Virus record (IMG/VR): IMGVR_UViG_3300045988_147447
Strand: one strand, 5' to 3'
DNA length: 60,874 bases
Source: a virus
The notes beneath the pieces are model-generated. The model searched no databases and was not told the origin of the DNA. It was given only the letters and a program-made list of their open reading frames with translations. This document shows positions 8,993 through 19,237 of the stretch, in pieces (the first letter of the stretch is position 1; every line of letters begins with the position of its first letter). The position numbers and the translations under genes are program-made.

Positions 8993-9313
8993 TATTAATT
9001 TCCGAAGAGAATACTTCAGCTCGACAGAAGATACATTCCCAGTCTTATATGTAATTTTATATTTGTCAGTACCGGTTCTGGATACCTCTAGCGTAACATT
9101 ACTTGTGTAGCTATATTCAGATATTTTAGTTATACCAGCAGCATATACGGATGCCCATGCTAATATGTACGTAGCTAGATACTCCGTATTACTAGCACTA
9201 GCACGAATTGAAAGTAAATATATACTTGCCGTGTTAGTTTCTCCTATTTCAACGGATTCCCCAACTTGAAGTATTGTTGTTACCGTGCTATTAATCCCAA
9301 TAAGTCCCGCCAG
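8987..9313 (-). other. silent C-terminal cassette B of the shufflon (no start codon, absent from the ORF track)
   Basis: My translation from 9313 gives LAGLIGINSTVTTILQVGESVEIGETNTASIYLLSIRASASNTEY...SSVELKYSLRKLIL*. That is 108 sense codons. A TAA lies immediately 5-prime of the site. Confidence 0.65.
9291..9313 (-). repeat. shufflon crossover site S2 (23 bp identical to 9962-9984)
   Basis: ttaatcccaataagtcccgccag. The core 9297-9313 is the reverse complement of ctggcgggacttattgg. Confidence 0.7.
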
Positions 9314-9325
9314 GCAGATTTAGCA

Positions 9326-9342
9326 CTGGCGGAACTGATGGG
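9326..9342 (+). repeat. shufflon crossover site S3 (ctggcggaactgatggg)
   Basis: Lies 12 bp from S2 in the opposite orientation. Confidence 0.7.
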
Positions 9343-9688
9343 AGCGGTTCTACTGAAAGGAGTTACAAAAAGTGACTTGGATAATGGGCTTACCAGCCCA
9401 TCGCGCATGATTGTAATGTTTGTGTCAGGGTATATCAATCAAATAACCCCAACCGCCAATTACATATCAGGATATGCAGTAAGATACACATCTCTTAACA
9501 CAGAAATGCAGGTTGTTGTCGATTATGCAGGTAAATTATATTCGAGAACAAAGAACTTATCGGATGGCTCATGGACAGTGTCTACAGCTAGTTATAACTT
9601 ATATGCATATATTATTAGCTCTTCGTTTACTCTATCTATTGTTAAAGGACAAGATGGCAACGGGCTTATTAAAATCAATAGGGCCTAA
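9326..9688 (+). other. silent C-terminal cassette C of the shufflon
   Basis: Frame LAELMGAVLLKGVTKSDLDNG...IKINRA*. The track ORF 9266..9688 is this frame extended to a TTG with no plausible expression signal. Confidence 0.6.
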
Positions 9689-9717
9689 TATTATAATCGA
9701 GTCCATTTAAACTATGA

Positions 9718-10263
9718 TTAAAATTCTCTCCACTCTCCCCATGAATTACCACCATTAGAAGACATACGGGTAAACCGTTTATTGTCATATATGGACATTG
9801 CTATTTGCGTGTGATATTCACCTTGACTGAAATATAATAAATTCCCATAAGTGAATAAATCGAAGTTAATAGTTCCTAGAGATATATTAATCATATATAC
9901 CCTATTATTCAAACAATTATCCGGATTTATGACAATACCACCATCCCTGAACCAAGTATTGTTAATCCCAATAAGTCCCGCCAGAACTGACGCAACCTGC
10001 TCTTTTGTCATTACTCCGACGGCATTTCCGGCGGCATTCACGGCCACAAAACTGGAGATGTCTTCCAAAGCTGGGAGAGCCAGTGTAGACTTCTTCAAAA
10101 GTTCCGTTTTCGACACCTTATGCGGCACGCCGTTTGTATCGTACACCTGTACCGTTTCACCATCTTCTTCCGTTGTCTGATTCTTCATACTTTCTGTATG
10201 TTTCAATAGATTGTCAGTTTCTTCACCTGTAAAGCTTAATACAAAATCTTCTTCTGCTGCCAT
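9718..10263 (-). CDS. tail-associated protein with a switchable C-terminal domain (constant part 9985-10263, expressed cassette D 9718-9984)
   Basis: 181-aa ORF two genes downstream of the Tal-like gene. It contains site S4 at residues LAGLIG. Confidence 0.6.
   Translation of the reverse strand: MAAEEDFVLSFTGEETDNLLKHTESMKNQTTEEDGETVQVYDTNGVPHKVSKTELLKKSTLALPALEDISSFVAVNAAGNAVGVMTKEQVASVLAGLIGINNTWFRDGGIVINPDNCLNNRVYMINISLGTINFDLFTYGNLLYFSQGEYHTQIAMSIYDNKRFTRMSSNGGNSWGEWREF
9962..9984 (-). repeat. shufflon crossover site S4, inside the expressed gene
   Basis: ttaatcccaataagtcccgccag, encoding LAGLIGIN of ORF 9718..10263. Confidence 0.7.
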
Positions 10264-10316
10264 AATTGTTTTTAATTTATAGTTATTAATGATATTACCA
10301 ACATTGTATATTATAA

Positions 10317-10577
10317 TTATCTCATTGCATCATTAAGCCCAGCAAGAAACCATGGAAGAAGCGACGCTGCATGATGTCTTACCCTGTTAACTTCATCATC
10401 TGAAAATTCGGTATCGTCATCGCTGGAAAAAATTTTCTCAGCCAATTTTAAATCAGCAATACCAACTCCTGTCACATTGAAAATGTTATCTGCAAACATT
10501 TCTCTGACATCAATCTCCACGAAATCGGATTTATCTATCTTCGTGTACTTCTTAAATTTCTTAAAATCTATTTTCAT
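10317..10577 (-). CDS. hypothetical protein
   Basis: 86-aa acidic ORF 3 bp after the Tal-like gene. Confidence 0.5.
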   Translation of the reverse strand: MKIDFKKFKKYTKIDKSDFVEIDVREMFADNIFNVTGVGIADLKLAEKIFSSDDDTEFSDDEVNRVRHHAASLLPWFLAGLNDAMR

Positions 10578-10579
10578 GA

Positions 10580-13500
10580 TTAATCGACTAAAATTCCATT
10601 TTCAAAAACCAGTTTATACGTTGAAGGTATCGAACCATTCTGTATAGTCCATGATATTGTTCTCGTTGCTCCTTTTTTGTATGTATATGATCCATCGGCT
10701 TGCAATGACCATCCGGTACCGAACTCATTAGACAATATCGTATTGGTATAAAGATTTCCGTTTACATGTACTCCTCCGTCAAAATATCCGGCATAAGTAT
10801 TAGAACTATGTGGCTTGCTAGTACCGTTCCTTGAAGCATAGATGCATGCTCCACCGTCATTGCTTCCAATTACTTTAACCCCAAATTTCCCGTCAGTCGC
10901 ACCATTGAAATTTATGTCAATCATACCACTGTTATCATCCGTAGGAACACCAATCCGTATACTCCTGCTATCATTGCCGAAAAAATCCCTTCCCTTCCAA
11001 TTCAAGGAACCGTTGTCTATAGTGAAACCTCCAATCTTAGCACCATCGGCAGATATTGTTCCGGAAAAAGTACCTTTAGCGGCTTTCAGTTCACCCGAAA
11101 ATGTACCGTCCGCACCATCCAGATGTTTCACTTTTAACGAGTTTACATCTATGCACTCTGTAAGAAGAAGTGGTTTCCCATTTTTAACCGTAAACACGGC
11201 TATTCCTTTCCCTTCAGAACTTTTAATTTTAAACTTATCTGAAGAAATAACAATCTCATTTTTTTCGATGTCAATACCCGTAGCACCAAGTTTAATTGAG
11301 ATATTTTTCTCTGCTACATCTACAACGCTTTCACCATTTGACAACAATATTCTTGCTGCACGTACCTCTATTTCTCCAGAAGCAAGTCTGATATAATTTG
11401 TCTTGTCCCTATTACCGATATATGTCTTTCCATAAACATTAAAGTATCCTTCTTTAGTTAGACGATCATATCCGATTGAAACTATATCTTTCCCTGAGAG
11501 GGAGTAAGAACTTATCCCCTGATAGAAGGTAAGAGAAGGCGCACCGTCTCCGTATGCAGACAACACGATTGCAGCCTGATAGTCCGGGTCGGCTATGTCT
11601 CCAAGTTGTACCATCACGTCACCCACTTTGGGTATATCGCTTCCTTCGTCACAATGATTCACGGATACATCTATCCAGTTATCACCAACATTTTCCACCA
11701 GACGCCACCAATAGTGATTGGATACGCCGTCATACGCGCCTTCCTTAATATTAAAGGACTGTGAGCGTACTAAATTCCCTGGCTTAAAACGATTTTCTAT
11801 GGCTTTCTCACCATCATCTGCAAGGAAGTAACAGCGATAAACAGAACCATAAGTTCCAGGAGATGAGTAACCTCTTTTCCCGTCTGAGAACTTGACTCCT
11901 TTACCATCCTTGAAACGAATTCCTTTTTTTTCTATAAACTCGACCTTAGTAATCGTTGCTCTGGCCCCGCTGGCGTTGAACATGAAGGAAGCTCCGGCCA
12001 GCTCGGTCTCCATTATTGAAAGTAACTGGAAGATAGCTTTCTTGCGCACGTACAGTTTGTCAATCCATCCGACAGACTCGCCGCCCTTTTCTGAAGAGAA
12101 TGACATACCAGCACCCATCATACCGGTCACGAAGTCAATTGATTCCAGGAAAGGAGATATGATACCGCCAAGAAGCTTAATGAGATAGTTTGTCTGGTCT
12201 TCCTTGTCCTTTCTCAATAATGTTGCAAGTGACCGTTTTGCCGAAAATACGTTACTGTCCGATGGGGCAGTAGAATCATTGGTCTTAATCACATATATGC
12301 TACTACCTCCGCCTCCAACATAAGTATGCCCTTTATACGTAATCGACTCCAGTTTCTCTTCCACATCATTAAGGCGAGAGTAGGGCATACTTTCCCCAAT
12401 AGTATATACCGGAGAATCCCATGGAATGTCAAGGTTAAACTCCCATCCGAGAACACGGCTTTCACGGCCATTCTCAAAAAAGGCTTTATTGACCAGGTTT
12501 ATCTTTTGCCCGAACTCGAAAAAGCGTTTCAGCTTGTCTTCATTAACCCATTCTGACCGGAGGGTAGTGTAGTATGTACCATCGTCCTTTTTTCGCTGGT
12601 CTGCTATCTTCTGTGCCTTCTCTTTCAGTTCCTGCTCCGCGTCCGGAATCATTTGTACAGAAACAAACTTTGGATCAAAACCGGAAAGGATATACTTGTC
12701 ATCATTTTCAGGATATATGGTATCATCCGGCAATGGACGTCCGTAGTCTTCGCTGCGGACAATTTCCCAAAGCTGGCTTCCGTTGTTGTCCGGGTCAAAA
12801 ATAACACCGAACTCCAATCCATTCATTTTGCCGGACTGAAAGATAATTGTCAGCTCTTGTCCCGGAAGTATGTAGTCCTTGGAGAAATTCAGGCCAGTAT
12901 CACGATAGCGATAGTAAGTCACGGTTTCCTGACCTCCGTCTTCATTTGTAACGGTTTCCGTCCTCGTAGATACACTTGACATCGTACTTTCAAGTCGGGG
13001 ATATACCTCGTCAAATACCACGATGTCTTCAATTGCTTCTTCCTGGCTCATGTCAGGATACACATCTATGTATGGCGTACCAGCGGGAAGCATAAGTCGT
13101 CTTTGCACAACTCCGTTTACTACCGTCTGCTCTTCAATGGAACGGTAGTTCTCAGGTATGTTTCTTGTAGATCCGAATGCATAAATGCGGGTGGCATAAG
13201 TGCCTTTGCTCTCACTGCGAGTCATGGCAGACGCTTCAACCCCTAACTCGATTTTCACGGCATCACCGAATTCGTTTCGCCCAAAATGAATTACGTTGTC
13301 CGTTATCCAGCAATCACAGTTCCACTTATCCTCACCCGCCATTGAGAATAAGGCATCCAGCAGGTTCATATTGTCATACGTCATTGCAACTGCCTTATTC
13401 TCTACTGTTGAATCTATTTCAAATACGAATTCTTTTCCCTTATAGGTATATCCCAAAGCTTTCAGGTTACGTAAGAACACACCAAGCTGTACATCAAGGG

Positions 13501-13888
13501 CTGCGGTGAGAGACCATGACGCTTCATATCCAGCATGTTCAGGAGTGTATTTGAAAATTTTGTTTTTCCACTTCCAGTAGTAAGCATCCAGTTTCAGCTC
13601 ATAATCATATCCAGCGGTAGAAGCATTGAAAGAAGGTTTCTGCAAGTCAGTTACCTCATATACTTTTGAAAGTAATCCGCCCAGAGAATCATCCAGAACC
13701 CCAGAAAGGTCTACATAGTCACCAAGTTTAAAATATATAGGTTCAGGCACGGAAAAGGGGAGAACGATGTAGTCCTCTTTCATCAGTGTAAACTTTCCCT
13801 TCGCCCCTTTGTTGATAGGGGTAGAGAACCTTGTTTTTCCGGATATGTCCTTAATTTCAATCATATCCCCAAAGTTCATAAATAACAA
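10580..13888 (-). CDS. tail tip / Tal-like baseplate protein
   Basis: 1102 aa, third gene after the tape measure (TMP-Dit-Tal order of siphophages). The N-terminus resembles the prophage-tail endopeptidase-type fold only by position and size. Confidence 0.6.
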   Translation of the reverse strand: MLFMNFGDMIEIKDISGKTRFSTPINKGAKGKFTLMKEDYIVLPFSVPEPIYFKLGDYVDLSGVLDDSLGGLLSKVYEVTDLQKPSFNASTAGYDYELKLDAYYWKWKNKIFKYTPEHAGYEASWSLTAALDVQLGVFLRNLKALGYTYKGKEFVFEIDSTVENKAVAMTYDNMNLLDALFSMAGEDKWNCDCWITDNVIHFGRNEFGDAVKIELGVEASAMTRSESKGTYATRIYAFGSTRNIPENYRSIEEQTVVNGVVQRRLMLPAGTPYIDVYPDMSQEEAIEDIVVFDEVYPRLESTMSSVSTRTETVTNEDGGQETVTYYRYRDTGLNFSKDYILPGQELTIIFQSGKMNGLEFGVIFDPDNNGSQLWEIVRSEDYGRPLPDDTIYPENDDKYILSGFDPKFVSVQMIPDAEQELKEKAQKIADQRKKDDGTYYTTLRSEWVNEDKLKRFFEFGQKINLVNKAFFENGRESRVLGWEFNLDIPWDSPVYTIGESMPYSRLNDVEEKLESITYKGHTYVGGGGSSIYVIKTNDSTAPSDSNVFSAKRSLATLLRKDKEDQTNYLIKLLGGIISPFLESIDFVTGMMGAGMSFSSEKGGESVGWIDKLYVRKKAIFQLLSIMETELAGASFMFNASGARATITKVEFIEKKGIRFKDGKGVKFSDGKRGYSSPGTYGSVYRCYFLADDGEKAIENRFKPGNLVRSQSFNIKEGAYDGVSNHYWWRLVENVGDNWIDVSVNHCDEGSDIPKVGDVMVQLGDIADPDYQAAIVLSAYGDGAPSLTFYQGISSYSLSGKDIVSIGYDRLTKEGYFNVYGKTYIGNRDKTNYIRLASGEIEVRAARILLSNGESVVDVAEKNISIKLGATGIDIEKNEIVISSDKFKIKSSEGKGIAVFTVKNGKPLLLTECIDVNSLKVKHLDGADGTFSGELKAAKGTFSGTISADGAKIGGFTIDNGSLNWKGRDFFGNDSRSIRIGVPTDDNSGMIDINFNGATDGKFGVKVIGSNDGGACIYASRNGTSKPHSSNTYAGYFDGGVHVNGNLYTNTILSNEFGTGWSLQADGSYTYKKGATRTISWTIQNGSIPSTYKLVFENGILVD

Positions 13889-13941
13889 ATGGAAGCCCTA
13901 AAAATCCGGACTTCCATTTGAAACAATAAAGGAAATGTTTG

Positions 13942-14364
13942 TTATTCGCTTCTGTCCATGGGATTCGGTTCGCAAAACTTACTTGAAACCTTACCGAAAC
14001 ACCTGTCAATACTTAACCCGTAAGAGATGCTTTTCCCCAGGTAAACCAGCTTGAAGACTTCGCTCCCAAGAGCGGGGATTTTGATGTTTACGGCTCCCTT
14101 CTCCAGTTCTGACTGAAAGGCTTTCTTCTTTGTCCGATAGTCACCTTCTGAGTCTCCTTCTATGGTGAACTGGAGAGTGATTTCACGCGATGCTACTTTT
14201 GCATTGTCGGTTATTATTCGCTTCCCGTGCTCCAGACGGCTCTCATCTTCGATGTAGTCTTTCATCTGGTTGAATCCGTCGATAGCATCGAGAAAACTGT
14301 CACCCATGCGGACACCCCATGTGCTCCAGGCATCCTTCCCGTTAATAAATAAATCTCCTGTCAT
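13942..14364 (-). CDS. distal tail protein (Dit) candidate
   Basis: 140 aa. The start overlaps the tape-measure stop by 4 nt. The N-terminus LFINGKDAWSTWGV is typical of phage tail-family proteins. Confidence 0.5.
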   Translation of the reverse strand: MTGDLFINGKDAWSTWGVRMGDSFLDAIDGFNQMKDYIEDESRLEHGKRIITDNAKVASREITLQFTIEGDSEGDYRTKKKAFQSELEKGAVNIKIPALGSEVFKLVYLGKSISYGLSIDRCFGKVSSKFCEPNPMDRSE

Positions 14365-17300
14365 AGTCTTGCTGTATTACGTTTCACTTCGGCAATGTCG
14401 GCCTGCATCTGTTTGATAGGTTTGACAATTTCGCCTGTGTTCTCTCTGATTTGCTGTAACTCCAAATAGGAATTGGCCAGGATAGTACGTGTCTCGTCGG
14501 CAATGTTGTACAGACCGGTCACTTGTGATGTCAGGGAGCCGATGGAACCTCGCAGTTCGGTAATAGCTACCGTTTGCTGCTGTTCTGCCGTCTCAATACG
14601 AAGATTGGACTCATACACGGCTGTAAACCGCCCACTCAGTTCCCCGGCATCCTCGTGCGTCATTTCTGTACCGAATCCGCGGCTGGAGGCCGACTGCTTG
14701 GAACTGCTGCCAGCCTTGTCGTATCCGGTAGCTGCGGCAAGTTCATCCCGTAGTTTCAATGCTTCATTCACGTACCCCATATATTCGTTTTGGAGTGAAT
14801 TACGTTCACTCTCACTCAGGTTTCCGTCCTTCATACTTTCACCGAATCTGTTCCACCAGTCTTCCAGCTTCTGGCTGTACATGTTACCGATTTTATCTGA
14901 AAGCATGGCACGCATAAAGTATTCTGATAGGTTATCCGCAAAATCTTCCGCCGATGCATCCATATCCATAAGGGTATCGATGAAACTATCATACATGGAA
15001 TCAAAACTTATTCCGGTAAGCTGTTCGAAAAGTCCCTCTTTCAGTCCTTCGAGGTTTCCGGCCAGATCTGCATATTCATCTAGTGCATCAACGACAGCAT
15101 TTCCATAGCCTCCTTTTCCTGAATCGGCCATTTTCTGCCACAAGTCTACATTCTGACGTAATAAGTCCATCTGCTCCGGCGACATCTGCCACAAGGAATC
15201 TGTACCTGTGAATTCTGCCATGACATTTTCTCGAATCCATTGTATGTCACTTTCCGACCAGCCCATGTAATAGGCCCAGCTATGATGCTTACTGTGATAG
15301 CCAGCATTTGCCTGCGCTTTTGCAAGGACATTCTTGTTGTATTCCTCCTGATACTTGATGGCTTTATTGTACTCTGCTACGGATTTCTCGCTTCCCTTGC
15401 TGGACTTCATTTCTTCCGTAAGGGATTCGATGGCAGACTGCAACTTTTCGTTTCTGTCCGTGAGTCTGTTGATGGTATCCTGCACCTCTTTTTCGTTTCC
15501 TCCAATACCGAAAAGTTTGCTGAATCCGCCGAAAGTCAAAGTATCCCATATTCCACCTACAGACTTAAAGACACTACTGAATATGTTACCTACGAAACCA
15601 TCCAGCCCCTGTGTCCCGATAGCATCTAAAAGAGAAAATGCAGCTCCAATTATACCTCCAAGTTTCTCGCTCTCTTCTGCAAATATGTCTACTATATTTC
15701 CGGCCAAATCACCGACCTGAGAGAGTGAAATTTCAGAATTTGAACCAAGCTGGGTAATGACGTTCGACAATGTGACAAGGTTGCTTGTCGTTTTATCTGT
15801 CGACTTTTGTACATTGACCTGAGCGTTCTGCTGTCTTTTTTGGGCATCATTCAGTTTCTTCGTGGCCGCTTCCTTCTGCTCATCTGTTCCGCTTCTCATG
15901 GCTTCGTTGTATTCCTCCTGAGCTTGTGACAGTTCTTCCTGTGCCTTGGCTAATTCGCTTAACTGTTTGGGTAGGTCGGCCAGCAATCCTCCTTTGTCGA
16001 TAAGGGTTGACTGGATGTTGCTTAAAGCCTCGTCAATGACCTTCTTCTGGTCAACAGCCATATTCTTGTATTCTTCGGAGTTCTTGAAGTCCCTAAGCTG
16101 CTGCTTTACCTTGTTCAGGGACTTTTTGGATACCTTGTCCAAGTCACCGAAGATAAGTTCCCAGTTGATTCCCTGTTTCAGCTTCTCAAGATCAAGGGAG
16201 GAGAGTGCCTTATCCATTTCTTTCTGGAGTATGTCCTTGTCTCCCTGGGTAGTGGCTTCCGAGATTTTACGGGTGTACTCGGCTATGATTGCATCACGTT
16301 TCTGCATGAACGTACCGTAGCTTTTCAGGTAACGTTCGTTGGCCTCGATTGCAGCTTGATTTTCAGTTTCTGTAATTTCGGCCAGACCTTTTTCACGCGA
16401 CGTCATGGCATTAGACGCACGACTTCCTAATACTTCCCGCTGTTCAGACGTAAGCTTTCCTCCTTGCGCATCTTCCCATTTTTTGCGCTGTTTCCTAATT
16501 TCATCGATTTCTCGCTGGTAATCCAGCTCAATCTGTCTGCGCTTCTTTTCAGAACCTTCTTCCATCAGGTTGATTTCTTCCTGCTGATTTGTTCTGCGAA
16601 GCTGAAGGAGTTCTTCTGCAACCTGTTGCTGCTCTTTCTTTTGTCGCTCGGCATCTTTCTTCGCATTATTCTCTTGTTTGGCCAGAGTGTCTCCTGTTAC
16701 ACCACCGAGCGATTTATATGATTTTTCTGCTGCTTCCAACTCTTCTACAGCTTTCTTATAAGCAGATTCAGTGCCTTTTTTAGCATCCTCTACGGCCTTT
16801 AATTTTGCTTCGTAAACAGCTTTTGCTTCTTTATATGCTTGCTGATACGTCTTTTCCGATGCTTCTCTTTGCGATTCCAGGCCAGATATGGTGCCGTCAA
16901 TCCCTTTTAACGCTGCTTGCGCATTATTGAACCGTATTTGAACGTCAATAGGAATTGTTGCAAAAGGAAAATTCTTAATTTTTTCTTGCTCTTCCTGCAA
17001 TATTTGTCTTGCTATATTGTATTCGCGTATAATCTGCTCACGATTACTTCTTGCTTCCATCAGCTTGACTTCAACAGGTTTCGAGTTTTCCTCTGTTTCC
17101 TTTTTCAGTCGATTATATTCGCTCAAGGCTGATTTCCACTTGTTAAGATTTGCTTTTGCTGATTCTATTTGTGAAGCGATTAATGGGGCACCTTGTCCCG
17201 CATTTTTTAAAGAAGCATTTAATGATTTTATTTTCTCCTCCCATTGTTGAATATTCTTTAGTATGTTTTCATAACTGTTCTTGTCTCGTTCCTTATTCAG

Positions 17301-19013
17301 TTCTTTATTTGCTTCTGCAAGATTGAGTACAGCCAGTTGTTCACGGGTATAAGCAGAAGAAAGTGCAGGAGAATACCTTTGTAGTTCCTCATAGGCCTTT
17401 ATCTTTGAAAACTCGGTTTCTGTCTCATCTTGGATAACGCGTATCAGCTCTTCTATTTTTTTCTTGCGTTCCTCTTCCTGATTCGCAAAATTCTTTTGTT
17501 CTTCATTGAATTTTTGCTGTGCCTTTTCCGATGCGGTTGTGCTGTCATGAAAGGCCCACATAGTAGCAACAAGCCCGGCAAGAACCGTAGCTGCCAGTAC
17601 ATACGGGTTAGCTTTCATAACCGTATTCAAAGCCTTTTGTGCTATCATTTGAGCTTTGGTAACCAAGATTGCAAGTTCCATTCTGGCCGTTAATGTATCC
17701 TGAGCTATTCGCACAACAATAAGAGCGGTTTTATATGTCCCGTATGTAGCAATCAGTCCTATCAAAATCTTACCAACAGTTTCATAGTTCTCAATAAGAC
17801 CTTTCAATCCTGAAATACCTGCAGAAGCAATTCCCTGAGTATCTTTCCCAATCTCATTCAACATTGTATCCCAAGCATCTCCAAGGTTACTCAACTGACC
17901 TGTAAGAGACTTAGACTGTTCTTGCATCAGGTTATAATAGATTCCTGATTCACTAGTCATATTTTTGAAGGCCTGTTCTACTTCTTTAAATCCTACCTTG
18001 CCTTCCTTTACTAAACCGGAAACTTCATCTTTTGTCACACCAAGCACTTTTGCCAGTTCCTCGTAGATGGGAATACCACGTCCTGCAAACTGACGAATAT
18101 CGACAGCATAGGCCCTTCCTTGTGTCCTTAATGTGCCATAGAGATAGGCTATTTCACTAAGCTGGGAGCCAACACCGGCGGCTACATTACCAAGCATGAC
18201 AAGTTCATCACCCACATTCTCAGCTGACGAGCCGTAAGCAATCATTTGCTTGGCAGATGATGCCACCCCTTGAAGGTCGAAGGGTGTCTTTGCGGCAATA
18301 TCCACCAGCTCTGACATCAGTTTATCTGCTTTTTCCTTACTTTTCAGCATGGTTGAAAAAGCAATTTCAAGCTGCTGGAATTGTCCTCGTACATTAACAA
18401 GTTCTGTAACAAAGTTTTTCAAGGCAGTTACTCCACCTATTATACCAAGTACTTTGGTTAAGGAAACGGACATCTTTTCATTTGCTTCGACCGTTTCGCC
18501 GGCTTCTTCCTTAAAAGCTGCATATTCATCCTTCAGTCTCTTTACTGAAAGACGGGCTTCTGCCTGCTGTTGAGTAAGTCCAAACAAAATATCTTTCTGC
18601 TCCCTTAACTTATCGGTTTGAGCTTTTATCTGCTCCGACATACCGCTGGTATTACCACCCGACTTTACAGTTTCTCGGTATTTCTCTTTCAATAAAGTAA
18701 GCTCATTTTGTAATTGCCTAATGACACCCCTTTGTGAAGTAATATTTGCAGAGAGGTTGTTTACTGTTTGTGAAGCGCTGTAAATTCCATTTTTGAAATC
18801 ACGCTCCATTGTAGCTCCAACTTTAGCCGCCTCGGTTACCAGCCCCATCATTTGTTGGCGAGCAGATGCCAATTGGGTTTCCAAAGCCCTTGCCGCTGCC
18901 GGAGATTTGTTCACGTCCATCTTTTTGAGTTGGGCTTCCAGCTTTTCACATTCTTGTCTTAGCTTTACGACCTGTTCCCAGTCACTTGATACACGGAATA
19001 CGAGTGTTGCCAT
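14361..19013 (-). CDS. tail tape measure protein
   Basis: 1550 aa with long coiled-coil stretches and internal TM helices. Core motif reads LGNVAAGVGSQLSEIAYLYGTLRTQGRAYAVDIRQFAGRGIPIYEELAKVLG (TP901-type TMP core). Confidence 0.9.
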   Translation of the reverse strand: MATLVFRVSSDWEQVVKLRQECEKLEAQLKKMDVNKSPAAARALETQLASARQQMMGLVTEAAKVGATMERDFKNGIYSASQTVNNLSANITSQRGVIRQLQNELTLLKEKYRETVKSGGNTSGMSEQIKAQTDKLREQKDILFGLTQQQAEARLSVKRLKDEYAAFKEEAGETVEANEKMSVSLTKVLGIIGGVTALKNFVTELVNVRGQFQQLEIAFSTMLKSKEKADKLMSELVDIAAKTPFDLQGVASSAKQMIAYGSSAENVGDELVMLGNVAAGVGSQLSEIAYLYGTLRTQGRAYAVDIRQFAGRGIPIYEELAKVLGVTKDEVSGLVKEGKVGFKEVEQAFKNMTSESGIYYNLMQEQSKSLTGQLSNLGDAWDTMLNEIGKDTQGIASAGISGLKGLIENYETVGKILIGLIATYGTYKTALIVVRIAQDTLTARMELAILVTKAQMIAQKALNTVMKANPYVLAATVLAGLVATMWAFHDSTTASEKAQQKFNEEQKNFANQEEERKKKIEELIRVIQDETETEFSKIKAYEELQRYSPALSSAYTREQLAVLNLAEANKELNKERDKNSYENILKNIQQWEEKIKSLNASLKNAGQGAPLIASQIESAKANLNKWKSALSEYNRLKKETEENSKPVEVKLMEARSNREQIIREYNIARQILQEEQEKIKNFPFATIPIDVQIRFNNAQAALKGIDGTISGLESQREASEKTYQQAYKEAKAVYEAKLKAVEDAKKGTESAYKKAVEELEAAEKSYKSLGGVTGDTLAKQENNAKKDAERQKKEQQQVAEELLQLRRTNQQEEINLMEEGSEKKRRQIELDYQREIDEIRKQRKKWEDAQGGKLTSEQREVLGSRASNAMTSREKGLAEITETENQAAIEANERYLKSYGTFMQKRDAIIAEYTRKISEATTQGDKDILQKEMDKALSSLDLEKLKQGINWELIFGDLDKVSKKSLNKVKQQLRDFKNSEEYKNMAVDQKKVIDEALSNIQSTLIDKGGLLADLPKQLSELAKAQEELSQAQEEYNEAMRSGTDEQKEAATKKLNDAQKRQQNAQVNVQKSTDKTTSNLVTLSNVITQLGSNSEISLSQVGDLAGNIVDIFAEESEKLGGIIGAAFSLLDAIGTQGLDGFVGNIFSSVFKSVGGIWDTLTFGGFSKLFGIGGNEKEVQDTINRLTDRNEKLQSAIESLTEEMKSSKGSEKSVAEYNKAIKYQEEYNKNVLAKAQANAGYHSKHHSWAYYMGWSESDIQWIRENVMAEFTGTDSLWQMSPEQMDLLRQNVDLWQKMADSGKGGYGNAVVDALDEYADLAGNLEGLKEGLFEQLTGISFDSMYDSFIDTLMDMDASAEDFADNLSEYFMRAMLSDKIGNMYSQKLEDWWNRFGESMKDGNLSESERNSLQNEYMGYVNEALKLRDELAAATGYDKAGSSSKQSASSRGFGTEMTHEDAGELSGRFTAVYESNLRIETAEQQQTVAITELRGSIGSLTSQVTGLYNIADETRTILANSYLELQQIRENTGEIVKPIKQMQADIAEVKRNTARL

Positions 19014-19157
19014 AAATAAAAATCTAAATATTAATGCTTAAAATTATGATATAAGCAAATAGTATTCAGACTTTTTGAAATCAAAAACGAAACAACTTGG
19101 CAATTGTCGTGTAATTTAACTTCTATTTTTGAATAATTAGACTCCATCTCGGAATAG

Positions 19158-19188
19158 AACAAAAAAGGCGCACCATTATGATGCGCCC
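19158..19188 (-). terminator. terminator after hicB-1
   Basis: On the minus strand, GGCGCA-tcataatgg-TGCGCC is followed by TTTTTTG. Confidence 0.55.
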
Positions 19189-19237
19189 GATTGTCAATTT
19201 GTTCTTTAATTTATATCAGAGCCTCACGGCTGGAATA

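Noticed and set aside
8705-9984. A diversity-generating retroelement (TR/VR pair) as the explanation for the variable C-terminal cassettes.
   Set aside because: There is no reverse transcriptase anywhere in the window. The cassettes are unrelated in sequence rather than differing at adenine positions. They are bounded by alternating inverted core sites.
14473-18573. Many plus-strand ORFs of 60-211 aa inside the tape-measure gene (for example 14473..15108, 15240..15629, 15946..16320).
   Set aside because: They lie antisense to a 1550-aa gene with clear TMP motifs. Their translations are low-complexity (Ser/Leu/Phe-rich) shadow frames.
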